Shown here: piece by piece, positions 18,263 to 27,420 of the stretch
How the letters are laid out: each line of letters begins with the position of its first letter
Position numbering within the stretch: the stretch's first letter is position 1
DNA from: a virus
Taxonomy: Duplodnaviria; Caudoviricetes
Direction: 5' to 3' (one strand)
Virus record (IMG/VR): IMGVR_UViG_3300021180_000012
Location: 1-61,718 of that record
Length of the DNA stretch: 61,718 nucleotides
Made by a program: the position numbers and the translations under genes
Notes under the pieces: generated by a model
The model's input: only the letters and a program-made list of their open reading frames with translations
Database searches by the model: none
What the model was told of the DNA's origin: nothing

Positions 18263-20809
18263 CTATGCAGCTAACGCGTATTTACCGGGTTTCCATTTTT
18301 CTTCTTCTACACCCCATCGGTGCTTAGTCACTGTGCACTCGACGGGCATAGGAACACCAACCCGACCCTCCGTATCCTCCATACGGGCGATGATCGATTG
18401 GATGATATTGTCTGTTAGGTGCTTCTCTCTAATCTCGATCTTGAGTTCGTCATGGATCGTGATAATGAGATGGGCATCACAGTTCTTTAGCCGGGACAGG
18501 AAGGCATCAACCTTTACCAGCGCATTCTTCATCATGTCAGCGGCTGACCCCTGCACCATGTAGCTAACGGCTCGATATCGGAACTGTGGATCTACGCAGA
18601 GCTTGCGACCATACAGGTTTATGATGTACCGATCGCGGCCACCCTTCTTGCCTAGCCTGTCCATGAACTCCTTCATCTCAGGCATTGAGGCATTGTACTC
18701 TTCGTCAAACTCGCGTGTTTCGTCGAGCGTACAGTACAACAGATGGGTATAGCTCTCGGGACCACCCCCGAAGATCTTAGCGTATGTGATGTGCTTGCAA
18801 CGTTGTCGGCTACTCTCTTTACCCAGAGAAGCCTCAGCCGCTACTATGCTGTAGCCGTGCTTTGCAATCCAGTCCTGCGCAATATCGTAGACTGTGCTGT
18901 CGCTAGGCGAATGGCGAAGCGCCTTGACCTTGCTCCAACCTATCTCGTTCCAGTAGTCCTTGACGGCATCGTTCGCCGGGTCCCTGAACAGGTCTAGCGC
19001 CTGTACAACAGCCTTAGCGGTGTTCTTGTTGAGCTTGCCGCCCCATGCCTTGTCTGCCATAGCCTTGAACGGGTCAGCGCCCGTGCTGATGGCTTCCAGC
19101 ATGACCGGTACTTGCGCAAGGAATGCGAAGATCCTGACCTCTTGTTGCGAGTAGTCGAAACCCAACCACACGTAACCAGGTCGAGGTCCAAAGACCTTAG
19201 TGGAGCTATAAGTGGCTGATAGGCTTTTCTTGCCGCCAGCCGAGACTTGTTGAAGGTTGGGGTCGTTGCAAGAGAACCGGCCTGTCTTAGTTCCGCATTG
19301 GTTGAGGCCCGGATGGATGACCCAACAGTCCCTGACTATTAGGTCAGGCTTCATCAAACCTTCGAACTTATCGAAGAACAGCCCCTTCGTATGCTTTGCG
19401 GCCCTATACCCGGCAAGTTCCTGTACGAACGGCTCGTACATCAGGTCTCGCAGGGTATCTTTGTCGGCGGTCAGTTTCTCGCCTTTGCCAACACCCTTGC
19501 GCTTGAACTGATGCGGAATGCCGAGACCACCCTCACCCTTTGGTAAGTACAGCACACGCATTAGCTGAGGAGATGACGACGGATTGAACGGCGGCGGTTT
19601 CCATTCGATCTTTCGTGGGCGCTTAGTCTCCGGTGGTGCCATCTTCTCTGGGGGTAGATGTAACAAACCATGTTCTTCGATAATCGACTGCATGTTGGCG
19701 AGATGGCTGTGCGGTCCCTCGTGATCCTTTGGTTTGGCACAGCCCATGACTTCGCATAGCTCGGGGTTGTCATGGAAGTACCCCATAGCCTCTAAGCAGT
19801 TCTGCGTCTCGATGCGGTTCTCGTCGGGGAAGGCACGCATACCGCGTTCTTCCATCTTGTTGACGATAGGCCATATGCTGCGCATCTCGAAGTCGTACTT
19901 CTCACGAAGGTAGTCATCGTCTGACATCACATCATGGTAGAACAGGTGCAGTCCCATTGTACGGAACGTATCAAACCGGCAGTACCGCTTGCAGCCTTCG
20001 AGCCACAGTGTGTTAGGCTCCTGCTCTTGCTCAAGGTCTAGCTTTGCGAAGTATGCAGGTAGCCAGTAGTCCGTTTTGGGTTCCTCGGATGAGAGCATCA
20101 GAGGCATGTTGTTCTTGATCGCTCGAACGTTGTAGCTCTTTAGTCGCCGTCTCGCAGACACTACGGCCTCTTGCAACTGCTTCTCATCAATGTCATCAAT
20201 ATCGAGGATGCGCTTGCTCAGAGGCTTTAAGCCGTAGTCGAGTTCCAACGTGTTGCAGACGCGAGCCTGGAAAAGCGTATCATGAATGCGACCGCCAGCA
20301 AGCTTGACCAGGAACTCCACGAAGATGCCAACCTTTGCCAGCATCCGGCAGTCGAACTTGGAGTTGTGGAAGATTGCTTGTATGCCTGGGGTAGAAAGAA
20401 CTGAGATGATATACTCAACGTCTGCGGGGTTAGGTGTTACCTCTCGGGTGAACGGATTGACTTCCCATGCACAGTACCAGGTGTGACCCTCTTCGTCGCA
20501 CATAGAGACTGCGAATGGTTTATCGACACACATAACCCCGTCAACGTCGTGTGCGCCCCACACATCAACGCCAGTGGTCTCGGTGTCGATCGCTACTATC
20601 TTGCCGGGTTTGAATTGATCTCGCGGTAGCTGAAACCCCGGCGGTTCTGTCTCAGGTCGCGGTGTAGCTATGGCTTCGTCTAAAGAGCGCAAAAGCTCCT
20701 CTTCCCAGTCCGGTTCCTCTTCCAGACGTTTAAGGCGCTCATCTCTTGTAATCATCCTGCGCACGCTAGCAGGGTTTACCATCCTACGTACGCGAGTTTT
20801 TATCTTCAT
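18263..20809 (-). CDS. polA: DNA polymerase family A with 3'-5' exonuclease
   Basis: AIDTETTG, HNSKFD, YCRFD exonuclease motifs; TGRFS, DYSQQE, VQGSAAD, IHDE polymerase motifs. Confidence 0.95.
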   Translation of the reverse strand: MKIKTRVRRMVNPASVRRMITRDERLKRLEEEPDWEEELLRSLDEAIATPRPETEPPGFQLPRDQFKPGKIVAIDTETTGVDVWGAHDVDGVMCVDKPFAVSMCDEEGHTWYCAWEVNPFTREVTPNPADVEYIISVLSTPGIQAIFHNSKFDCRMLAKVGIFVEFLVKLAGGRIHDTLFQARVCNTLELDYGLKPLSKRILDIDDIDEKQLQEAVVSARRRLKSYNVRAIKNNMPLMLSSEEPKTDYWLPAYFAKLDLEQEQEPNTLWLEGCKRYCRFDTFRTMGLHLFYHDVMSDDDYLREKYDFEMRSIWPIVNKMEERGMRAFPDENRIETQNCLEAMGYFHDNPELCEVMGCAKPKDHEGPHSHLANMQSIIEEHGLLHLPPEKMAPPETKRPRKIEWKPPPFNPSSSPQLMRVLYLPKGEGGLGIPHQFKRKGVGKGEKLTADKDTLRDLMYEPFVQELAGYRAAKHTKGLFFDKFEGLMKPDLIVRDCWVIHPGLNQCGTKTGRFSCNDPNLQQVSAGGKKSLSATYSSTKVFGPRPGYVWLGFDYSQQEVRIFAFLAQVPVMLEAISTGADPFKAMADKAWGGKLNKNTAKAVVQALDLFRDPANDAVKDYWNEIGWSKVKALRHSPSDSTVYDIAQDWIAKHGYSIVAAEASLGKESSRQRCKHITYAKIFGGGPESYTHLLYCTLDETREFDEEYNASMPEMKEFMDRLGKKGGRDRYIINLYGRKLCVDPQFRYRAVSYMVQGSAADMMKNALVKVDAFLSRLKNCDAHLIITIHDELKIEIREKHLTDNIIQSIIARMEDTEGRVGVPMPVECTVTKHRWGVEEEKWKPGKYALAA

Positions 20810-20872
20810 GGCTGCTTCACCACATGTAGTTTAAGGGCGACCCAAAGTTGAGCCGCCCCGTATCAGGGTCCG

Positions 20873-21466
20873 TTACTCGGCTACCGGTTCAGCCGCTGCA
20901 ACTTCCCATACCAGCGGATCGAGACTTTCCAGCATTTTGATAATGGCGAGCGCTGCGTCTCGTTGGTCCGGTGTGCAGCCTTTATTCTCCCAGTCTTTGT
21001 ACGTACGATCGTAGAACTCCTGGTAGGTTCCAATGGCGCAACCACACCTCACTTTGCCAGGGCTGTAGTGGTTGATAGGCCACTTAACAAAGTATACGAC
21101 CATAGGGGCAAGCTTATTACCGATCGTGGCCTCTTCACCGATCGTGGCCTCTTCACCGATCGTGGCCCATGCACCGATCGTGGCCCTGTCACCGATCTTG
21201 GCCCATGCACCGATCGTGGCCTCTTCACCGATCTTGGCCCATGCACCGATCGTGGCCCTGTCACCGATCTTGGCCCATGCACCGATCTTGGCCCATGCAC
21301 CGATCTTGGCCCATGCACCGATCTTGGCCTCTTCACCGATCTTGGCCCATGCACCGATCTTGGCAGAGCTTGCCACAAGGCAAAACCATCCGTCAGTCGC
21401 TGTGTACTTACCATCTACGAGATCGTAGTTCTTGATGTCTTTCCACAACCTATATCTCTCAGCCAT
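20873..21466 (-). CDS. Hexapeptide-repeat (left-handed beta-helix) protein
   Basis: About 14 x A[KT]IG(AW/EE/DR); C-terminal VRCGC; AAGGAG RBS. Confidence 0.85.
   Translation of the reverse strand: MAERYRLWKDIKNYDLVDGKYTATDGWFCLVASSAKIGAWAKIGEEAKIGAWAKIGAWAKIGAWAKIGDRATIGAWAKIGEEATIGAWAKIGDRATIGAWATIGEEATIGEEATIGNKLAPMVVYFVKWPINHYSPGKVRCGCAIGTYQEFYDRTYKDWENKGCTPDQRDAALAIIKMLESLDPLVWEVAAAEPVAE
21119..21364. repeat. 18-bp tandem repeat, 13 full units plus a partial unit
   Basis: accgatc[t/g]tggc + ccatgc/ctcttc/cctgtc. Confidence 0.95.
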
Positions 21467-21502
21467 TGATATCTCCTTATTCCAAAAAGTCTTCGAGTAC
21501 GT

Positions 21503-23071
21503 CTACTCGGCTAGTTTGATGGTTTCGATCTTAATAGCCGTCTGTTTGGTCTTGTTCCCGATCCTGCGGAGCACACCGTACTCCATGTTCTTGCCGCACT
21601 TGTAGAGGCCGATGAACCTGCCTTCGATAACAGGGCTTGCGTCGTTGCCGCCGTCGTGGAACTTGCGTTCAGCGGTTACATCCTTGTTCATGTACTTCTT
21701 GGTGTCAGCATCCGATAGCCGAGTTGGTTGTTCTGGCTTCTGCGGCATAGTAGGAGGTACAGCAGTGCCAGCCTGGGCTTGTTGAACACCCTTAGCAATG
21801 CCGTCCTTTATCTGCTTATCAGCCTCCGCGATCGTAGGCCCCGAGTTGTCGAATGCAGCCTGGGCGCGATTTGCTGCACCCACCTTCGGATTGAGGTGTT
21901 CGGCCATACCATCGGCAGTGTCGACGTTCACCGGCTCCTCGTAGAGTTTGACACTATCCCACTTCACCATGAGAGGAGTTTTCGGCTTCTCTGGGCGAAG
22001 AATAAATGGGCCGCTCTTTCCGTCGCCAGTGCTCATAGAGCCTTCTTGCAGGATGCCGGTCACGCCCATTGTCTGACCTGGTACACGCTGTGCACGCTCG
22101 GCTGTGACCTTCTTGCCGACCATCGGCGCAAGGTACTCGGTAATCTCCTCGGGTGTCGGTGGCTCGCGGTTAACGCTCACGAGTTCAGCGGCAGGTTTGG
22201 GCGTCTGGGCTTTGTTCTCCTCAGTCCCTGAGAACCGCCCGGTCTTGGTTCCCTGCTGGTTTACCATCGGAGGGTTGGCTTCTTTCGGCCACAACGATAC
22301 CCGCCCATCAGCCCACGCCTCGATGCTCTCCTTGAAGTCCTCGAAGCTGAACGGGAACGCGAGCATCGACCACACGATACGCAACGAGGTCTCGCGGAAC
22401 TCGGGTGTCACCGTCCGATCTTCCGGCAGTTTGAATATCTGCCAGGTCTCCATCCAATCGGCCACAGCCGCTGTGAACTCCTCCGTCGACATCTCGGTGG
22501 TCAGACGGTCCCACAGGCCGACGATATGCTTCGGGACCGACCCGTCGATCTTGCGCCCTTTCATGCGCTCGCTTTCGCTGAACTTCTTAGCGACCGATGC
22601 GCGAGCTTCCGTGGAGATCGCCGGGTTGATTTCGAACAAGGTGCACAGCGTCTGAAACGGCTCGAAGTTAACGAGGTAGCCCGGTACGCTTTCGAAGTGC
22701 TCATCGCGGATCTGGATCAAGCACTCCTTGACCCGTCGAAGCTGATCGGGGAACACAGTACCGGGTACGTCGGACAGCGAGATGTTCACAGTGACTGGGG
22801 GCAGTACGCTTGCCATTAGGAACTTGAGGTGCTTTTCGGCTATGTCCTTTGCTTCATCAGCCGATAGCGCCCCCATGACAGCTACCTTCTCACGGCGCTG
22901 TGCCGGGGCATCAGGGAGGCCCGTAGCGCCTTCTCCGATCTCTTCGTAGCCGTGGTCGACATAACCCTGATGCTCATACCAGTCGGCGTACTTCATCACA
23001 GGGTCTTGCATAGCGTTCTGTTTGGCCGCGTATGTGCGGTACTCTTCAAGTCGGTCATTGGGGATTGCCAT
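21503..23071 (-). CDS. Multidomain hypothetical protein (contains a PolA-like GTKTGRFS peptide and two SH3-like C-terminal modules)
   Basis: GAGGAG RBS; high GC3; own promoter candidate. Confidence 0.85.
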   Translation of the reverse strand: MAIPNDRLEEYRTYAAKQNAMQDPVMKYADWYEHQGYVDHGYEEIGEGATGLPDAPAQRREKVAVMGALSADEAKDIAEKHLKFLMASVLPPVTVNISLSDVPGTVFPDQLRRVKECLIQIRDEHFESVPGYLVNFEPFQTLCTLFEINPAISTEARASVAKKFSESERMKGRKIDGSVPKHIVGLWDRLTTEMSTEEFTAAVADWMETWQIFKLPEDRTVTPEFRETSLRIVWSMLAFPFSFEDFKESIEAWADGRVSLWPKEANPPMVNQQGTKTGRFSGTEENKAQTPKPAAELVSVNREPPTPEEITEYLAPMVGKKVTAERAQRVPGQTMGVTGILQEGSMSTGDGKSGPFILRPEKPKTPLMVKWDSVKLYEEPVNVDTADGMAEHLNPKVGAANRAQAAFDNSGPTIAEADKQIKDGIAKGVQQAQAGTAVPPTMPQKPEQPTRLSDADTKKYMNKDVTAERKFHDGGNDASPVIEGRFIGLYKCGKNMEYGVLRRIGNKTKQTAIKIETIKLAE

Positions 23072-23096
23072 TTTATTCTCCTCGTAAACTCTGATT

Positions 23097-23127
23097 ACTA
23101 TACGGATCGCCGTTTTTATTACGGCAA
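23097..23127 (-). promoter_or_regulatory. Candidate promoter with 19-bp spacer containing a dyad
   Basis: TTGCCG-19-TATAGT; GCCGT-AATAAAA-ACGGC dyad. Confidence 0.45.
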
Positions 23128-23138
23128 AATGTTAGAGG

Positions 23139-23597
23139 CTAATTCTCATCAGCCTCTTCGGGGTCTAGTAGCTCTAACTTGCGCAGGAAAGCTTCGGCTC
23201 TGGGTTCGTCACCCTCAAGCTCTCCGAGGACAGCACGGGCGAACTGTCCAACAGACCAAAACGGTATGGTGCTCGCGACATGCCGACGAAGGATTGACAT
23301 CTCGTCAGCATCAAACGTCGTCAGGGTCTGTGAACCCTCCTGCTTCTCTGGGATAAGAGACACAGCTAGATGAGGGTAACGCAGATCCAGTTGGTGATGT
23401 CGCTCGCCGTCGTCGCCGTCCATGACCACGTAGAACTCGCTGCCACTAACAGGGTTCGGGTTCTGCCCAGGTTCGAACTCCCGTAGCTCACCTTGCACTG
23501 GTCGACCAAAGTTTATCGAGTGTCCTTTGACTTGCTTGCCGACCCAGAGCTTGAGAGTAGCCGGATCGTTACTCTTCGCGATGTCTGCGATTTCCAT
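23139..23597 (-). CDS. Hypothetical protein
   Basis: GAGG RBS. Confidence 0.75.
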   Translation of the reverse strand: MEIADIAKSNDPATLKLWVGKQVKGHSINFGRPVQGELREFEPGQNPNPVSGSEFYVVMDGDDGERHHQLDLRYPHLAVSLIPEKQEGSQTLTTFDADEMSILRRHVASTIPFWSVGQFARAVLGELEGDEPRAEAFLRKLELLDPEEADEN

Positions 23598-23676
23598 TAT
23601 ATCCTCTATCCCAGAAAGGGTAAAGGCCAGCCCCTGCTATCAGAGGCTGACCGATGTTACAGAAGCCGGTTAGGGC

Positions 23677-25077
23677 TTAGGGTTTGCGAAGCTGGTCGAA
23701 CGGTACCTCGCGGGACACGCGGCCCACCATGACCGTCGCGATCGAGGTGTCGGCGTTCAGGGACTGCACGGTACCGCGAAGATCCTCGGACGGTTTCTTC
23801 GGGTTCGCGAAGATCACTTCCTCACCGACGTTCACCTCGACATCGACAAGGACCTCGGAGAAGGCTACAGTGTAGACCTTCTTACCTACCTTGACTTCGA
23901 GGCTTTCACCCTCGTTGTCGATGCTCTCGCAGATGCCGGTGTATTCCTTGCCGTTCTGCTCGAAGGTCACTTCGTCGCCAATGTTGATGGTGATGCCGCC
24001 GCTCTCAGCGGCTGCGTCCTCGCCGGTCTTGGTGGCGTCGTCGAAGGCAACGGTGTAGCTCTTGCCGCCACAATCGACGCTGAGTTCCTGCTCGGCGGCG
24101 TCGACCTCGGTAACGGTGCCGGTGCGCTCCTTGCTGCCGACCTTCCAGGTGATTTCGTCACCCACGCTAAAAGGTGCGTCGTCCGGTGCTTCCTCACCTT
24201 CCTTCTTGAGATCGGAGAGGCTGACAGCGTACAGCTTCTTGCCGACCTTGACCTGGGCCTCGTCGCCGTCGATGCTGTCGATGGTACCGGCATACGTCTT
24301 GCCGCCCTGTTCGAACTCGACATCATCGCCTTCGGAGAAGTCGCTGCCCCCGGCGTCGTCCGGGTCCTCGTTCTTCGCAACCGCCTCGTAGGGAACCGTG
24401 TAGGTTTTCTTGCCTACAGTGACTGAGACCTCGCTCTCGGTCTCGTCCACGCTGTCGACGATGCCGACCATCTCCTTCGAACCCACAGTGATTGTGACCT
24501 CGTCGCCCTCGGCGCATGGAGCCGGTGGAGTTTCGGTCTTGGGTTTCGCCGCCGCGCCAGCTTTCGGTTTGGATGCCGTGGTACTCTTGGCGCTGCCGCC
24601 CTTCGCGAGTTCGGCGGGGAGCTTGTAGCCCTCCTCGCGCTCCTGCAAGTAGACGTTCTGGAAGCCGGTCTGCGTGTTGGTCTTGAGCTTGATGCGCCAA
24701 ACCTGCTTCTGCTTCACGGCGTCCTCAAACAGCTTCTCAAGCTGTGTGGGATCGAGTTCGGAGGCGTCATTCCCTGTGAGCGCTTCGAGGCGCTTGATGG
24801 TCTTGCTGCTGATGTCGCCCTCGTAGAACAGACCCTGCCACTCGTACTTGGTCTCGTTCACGCGGTCGCCTTCGAGGATGTACCAGCCGTGGAGCGAACC
24901 CCACGCCGGGGGGTTGTCCTTCGTACCCTGCGACATCTTGACTTCGACGCCGTTGTACAAGGCGACGTATTCGCCGTCATCCCAATTGCTTTCGCCGGAG
25001 GAGTGGGCCGTCTCGACGGACGAACCCCAGTTTTTCTTCGCGTTCTTCAACAATGCGTTGAGATCGTTAGCTGCCAT
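23677..25077 (-). CDS. DUF669-like ssDNA-binding protein with five tandem acidic SH3/Tudor-like repeats
   Basis: N-terminal DGEY.A...E.K.S...ILEG...FQNV pattern near AAA_24; repeats GD[ED]V...G...S[IV]D...V.VGKK.Y.V. Confidence 0.7.
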   Translation of the reverse strand: MAANDLNALLKNAKKNWGSSVETAHSSGESNWDDGEYVALYNGVEVKMSQGTKDNPPAWGSLHGWYILEGDRVNETKYEWQGLFYEGDISSKTIKRLEALTGNDASELDPTQLEKLFEDAVKQKQVWRIKLKTNTQTGFQNVYLQEREEGYKLPAELAKGGSAKSTTASKPKAGAAAKPKTETPPAPCAEGDEVTITVGSKEMVGIVDSVDETESEVSVTVGKKTYTVPYEAVAKNEDPDDAGGSDFSEGDDVEFEQGGKTYAGTIDSIDGDEAQVKVGKKLYAVSLSDLKKEGEEAPDDAPFSVGDEITWKVGSKERTGTVTEVDAAEQELSVDCGGKSYTVAFDDATKTGEDAAAESGGITINIGDEVTFEQNGKEYTGICESIDNEGESLEVKVGKKVYTVAFSEVLVDVEVNVGEEVIFANPKKPSEDLRGTVQSLNADTSIATVMVGRVSREVPFDQLRKP

Positions 25078-25209
25078 TGATACCTACCTTGTTTTGTTGT
25101 TGTAGTACTTCTCTGGGAATGAGATCTGCTAGTACACTGCGCTTTCTCGTTCGGAACGTTTCCCACGGCAGAGCCGGTCCTACTTGCCTACTTGCGCAGT
25201 GTACAGTGT

Positions 25210-25692
25210 TTACGAACGATCCAGCGTAGCCGCCGCGTTGGGTTGATCGGTGTTCGCTGTGTCGTCGTGAACATGGAGGATGACGGAGTATCGGTGAGCC
25301 GTCAGTGGATCGGGTTGAAGTTGACCAGAGGCCGTGTAACTGTGACCGCCGACCGCGTAGTTGCCGGTCATGACGCCAGCGTTTGTGATGCCGCCGACGA
25401 GATCGTGACCGATGCCGGATTGCCCGTTGAAGTCGATGGTGCCAGCGGTCATTGCGCCGGATGCGTTGATGGAGAAGTGGACATCGCCGCCGTGTGCGGT
25501 CGTATCGGCTGAGAACGTTCCGTTGTAGTTGCCCTGGTAGCTCGATGTTGTACCACCGCCGCCACCGCCCGGTGAGGAGGACCCGCCCCCGCCACCACCG
25601 CAACCCGTAACCGAGGCGAGAACCGCGAACACTGCTGCTGCCAGCATTCCCTTACCGTAGGGGCTGCCACTGATTGATGTGAATACCTTCAT
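25210..25692 (-). CDS. Lipoprotein
   Basis: Start MKVFTS (GAAGGG RBS); lipobox VTG-C followed by a poly-Gly/Ser linker and a beta domain. Confidence 0.8.
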   Translation of the reverse strand: MKVFTSISGSPYGKGMLAAAVFAVLASVTGCGGGGGGSSSPGGGGGGTTSSYQGNYNGTFSADTTAHGGDVHFSINASGAMTAGTIDFNGQSGIGHDLVGGITNAGVMTGNYAVGGHSYTASGQLQPDPLTAHRYSVILHVHDDTANTDQPNAAATLDRS

Positions 25693-25733
25693 TGCTTTGC
25701 CCTTCTTTCGAATGTGATATAGAGCAAACGCTG

Positions 25734-26216
25734 TTAGCGCTTGCGAAGAGTGTTGATGTAGCGGCGTCGTGGCCCGACTTCGGAGCCTTTGAGAACTCCC
25801 GTCCACTGCCCTGACTTGGCCGGTCGCGAGCGCTGCTGCGAGTAGAGTTGATCGGAGGTCATGAATGGCCGGTATCGGCCTTTGATTGTCTTGTTGTCCA
25901 TGGTTTCCCTTGCGTAGTATTCGAGACGTATTGTTCCGGCTAACACAGCGTCTGCAATCTGCCGTCGCTCGTTCTTAGTGGTTAGGCGCATCTGCCACTG
26001 CGTTTTGGATAGCTCTCCGTCTTGGAGTGCACAGTTCTGCGAGACCTCATCAGGGCGCTTGTATCGGGTTAGATTAAAGCCGTGACCGCCTTGTGACCAA
26101 TCGTTTGACGCCTGAGCAACTATGCCAAACTTAACCGCTCCACCGTTTACTGTATAGGCTACCTGCCTACCCGCAAACTCTGACACGTCACTCCATTTAG
26201 AGAGAACTTTCCACAT
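25734..26216 (-). CDS. Hypothetical protein
   Basis: AAAGG RBS; operon packing. Confidence 0.7.
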   Translation of the reverse strand: MWKVLSKWSDVSEFAGRQVAYTVNGGAVKFGIVAQASNDWSQGGHGFNLTRYKRPDEVSQNCALQDGELSKTQWQMRLTTKNERRQIADAVLAGTIRLEYYARETMDNKTIKGRYRPFMTSDQLYSQQRSRPAKSGQWTGVLKGSEVGPRRRYINTLRKR

Positions 26217-26229
26217 TGACCTTTGCTCC

Positions 26230-27165
26230 TTAGCGACGGCCCTTGACGGTGAACTTCGCCTTCACTTCGGAAAGCTCAGCCTTGCGTCGTAGCTCGCCGT
26301 CGTCCTTTTGTTTGTTTTCGTAGGCGTAGACGATGTTAGCGTATGCTTCTTCCGCACTATCGCCCATAGGGATTGATATGACTGGATCGCCGCCGGGTGT
26401 GTTGAAGTTGTTCTTCATTCGGCACTTCGCGTCAACGTTTTCGTCACCGCGAATTACCAGCTTACGTTCACCGCCGACATAACAGTAGCACGCGGTAATA
26501 TCGCAGAAGCCGTTCAGGAAGCGTCGCCCCTTCTCCTCGATGGATGCGATAAGCTTCATGTTCTTAACCCCTGTAGCCTTCTGCATTTCCTTTTCCAGAG
26601 TGTGGGAGATAAACACCACACCCCGGCCTGTTGCAGTCAGCCGCATTATCTGGTCCTTAAACTCTGCGAGCCGCCGATTGTTGCCCTTGTTGAAACCGAG
26701 AGACCCGCTGTTGATATCGTCAGGATCATCGTCGGCTTGCTCGATCACGAACTTACCGGCGAGATCCCATGCGAAGTCTGCGGTGTCAAAGGTGATGGTC
26801 TCGTACAGATCAGAGGCTACGATCTGGTCAATGACCTTCACGAACTGTTTCTTCCAACTCGTGAACTGCCCTTCCCGTGGAAGCCTAACAATCTCTAAGA
26901 AGTCACCACCTGGTTCGAAGAATAGCGAAAGGTTATCGGGGAACATTGAAGCAAGCTCCGTTTTCCCTATGCCTGGTTCGCCGTGGATGAAAAGCTTCGC
27001 AGATCGGAGATTTCCGCGTGGCTTCTCAGCCTTTGTAGGAAGAGATAGGTCGATCTCATTTGGTCTGACTATCGATCGTTTCGCCACCGTAGGGGCGCTA
27101 ACGACTGACCGCGTAACTGGTTTCGCGGCTGACCTACCTCCGATCCTCGCTGTTATTGTTGCCAT
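26230..27165 (-). CDS. AAA_24 / Sak4-like ATPase (single-strand annealing recombinase); likely start MATITAR
   Basis: HGEPGIGKT Walker A, TITFDT Walker B, VFISH, AKCR; GGAAGG RBS. Confidence 0.85.
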   Translation of the reverse strand: MATITARIGGRSAAKPVTRSVVSAPTVAKRSIVRPNEIDLSLPTKAEKPRGNLRSAKLFIHGEPGIGKTELASMFPDNLSLFFEPGGDFLEIVRLPREGQFTSWKKQFVKVIDQIVASDLYETITFDTADFAWDLAGKFVIEQADDDPDDINSGSLGFNKGNNRRLAEFKDQIMRLTATGRGVVFISHTLEKEMQKATGVKNMKLIASIEEKGRRFLNGFCDITACYCYVGGERKLVIRGDENVDAKCRMKNNFNTPGGDPVISIPMGDSAEEAYANIVYAYENKQKDDGELRRKAELSEVKAKFTVKGRR

Positions 27166-27342
27166 ATAGTAGCCACCTTCCGGTTTATCGTAGTGTCTGA
27201 GAGCCTTCGTTTCCTCGTCCGATGTTTCCAGCAATGGGAGAGGCTAACGTATTCAGAAAGCTCGATCTAACCGTACGGATGGCTGTTGTGAATGTTCAGC
27301 GGGATCGGCGGCTGCTTTGGCCGTGCTCGCCCGACAAGATAG

Positions 27343-27371
27343 ATTATACAGGTCATCCGCACAGTTGTCAA
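27343..27371 (-). promoter_or_regulatory. Perfect consensus sigma70 promoter with UP element
   Basis: TTGACA-17-TATAAT; AAATATTTTGAAAAATTTTGC upstream. Confidence 0.92.
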
Positions 27372-27420
27372 TAGGATTTCGAAAATATTTTGAAAAATTT
27401 TGCGCCCATCTGAAAATGCC

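Noticed and set aside
18263-20809. Intein or intron in PolA, primase or TerL
   Set aside because: No LAGLIDADG/HNH or C...HN splice motifs; insertions are short and the ORFs are continuous
21119-21364. Tandem repeat as a CRISPR array or DGR template/variable repeat
   Set aside because: The 18-bp units are in-frame coding repeats with no unique spacers; no reverse transcriptase gene or adenine-specific variation
27190-27300. Hammerhead ribozyme (CUGA...GAAA)
   Set aside because: The CUGANGA core is absent and the stems do not assemble
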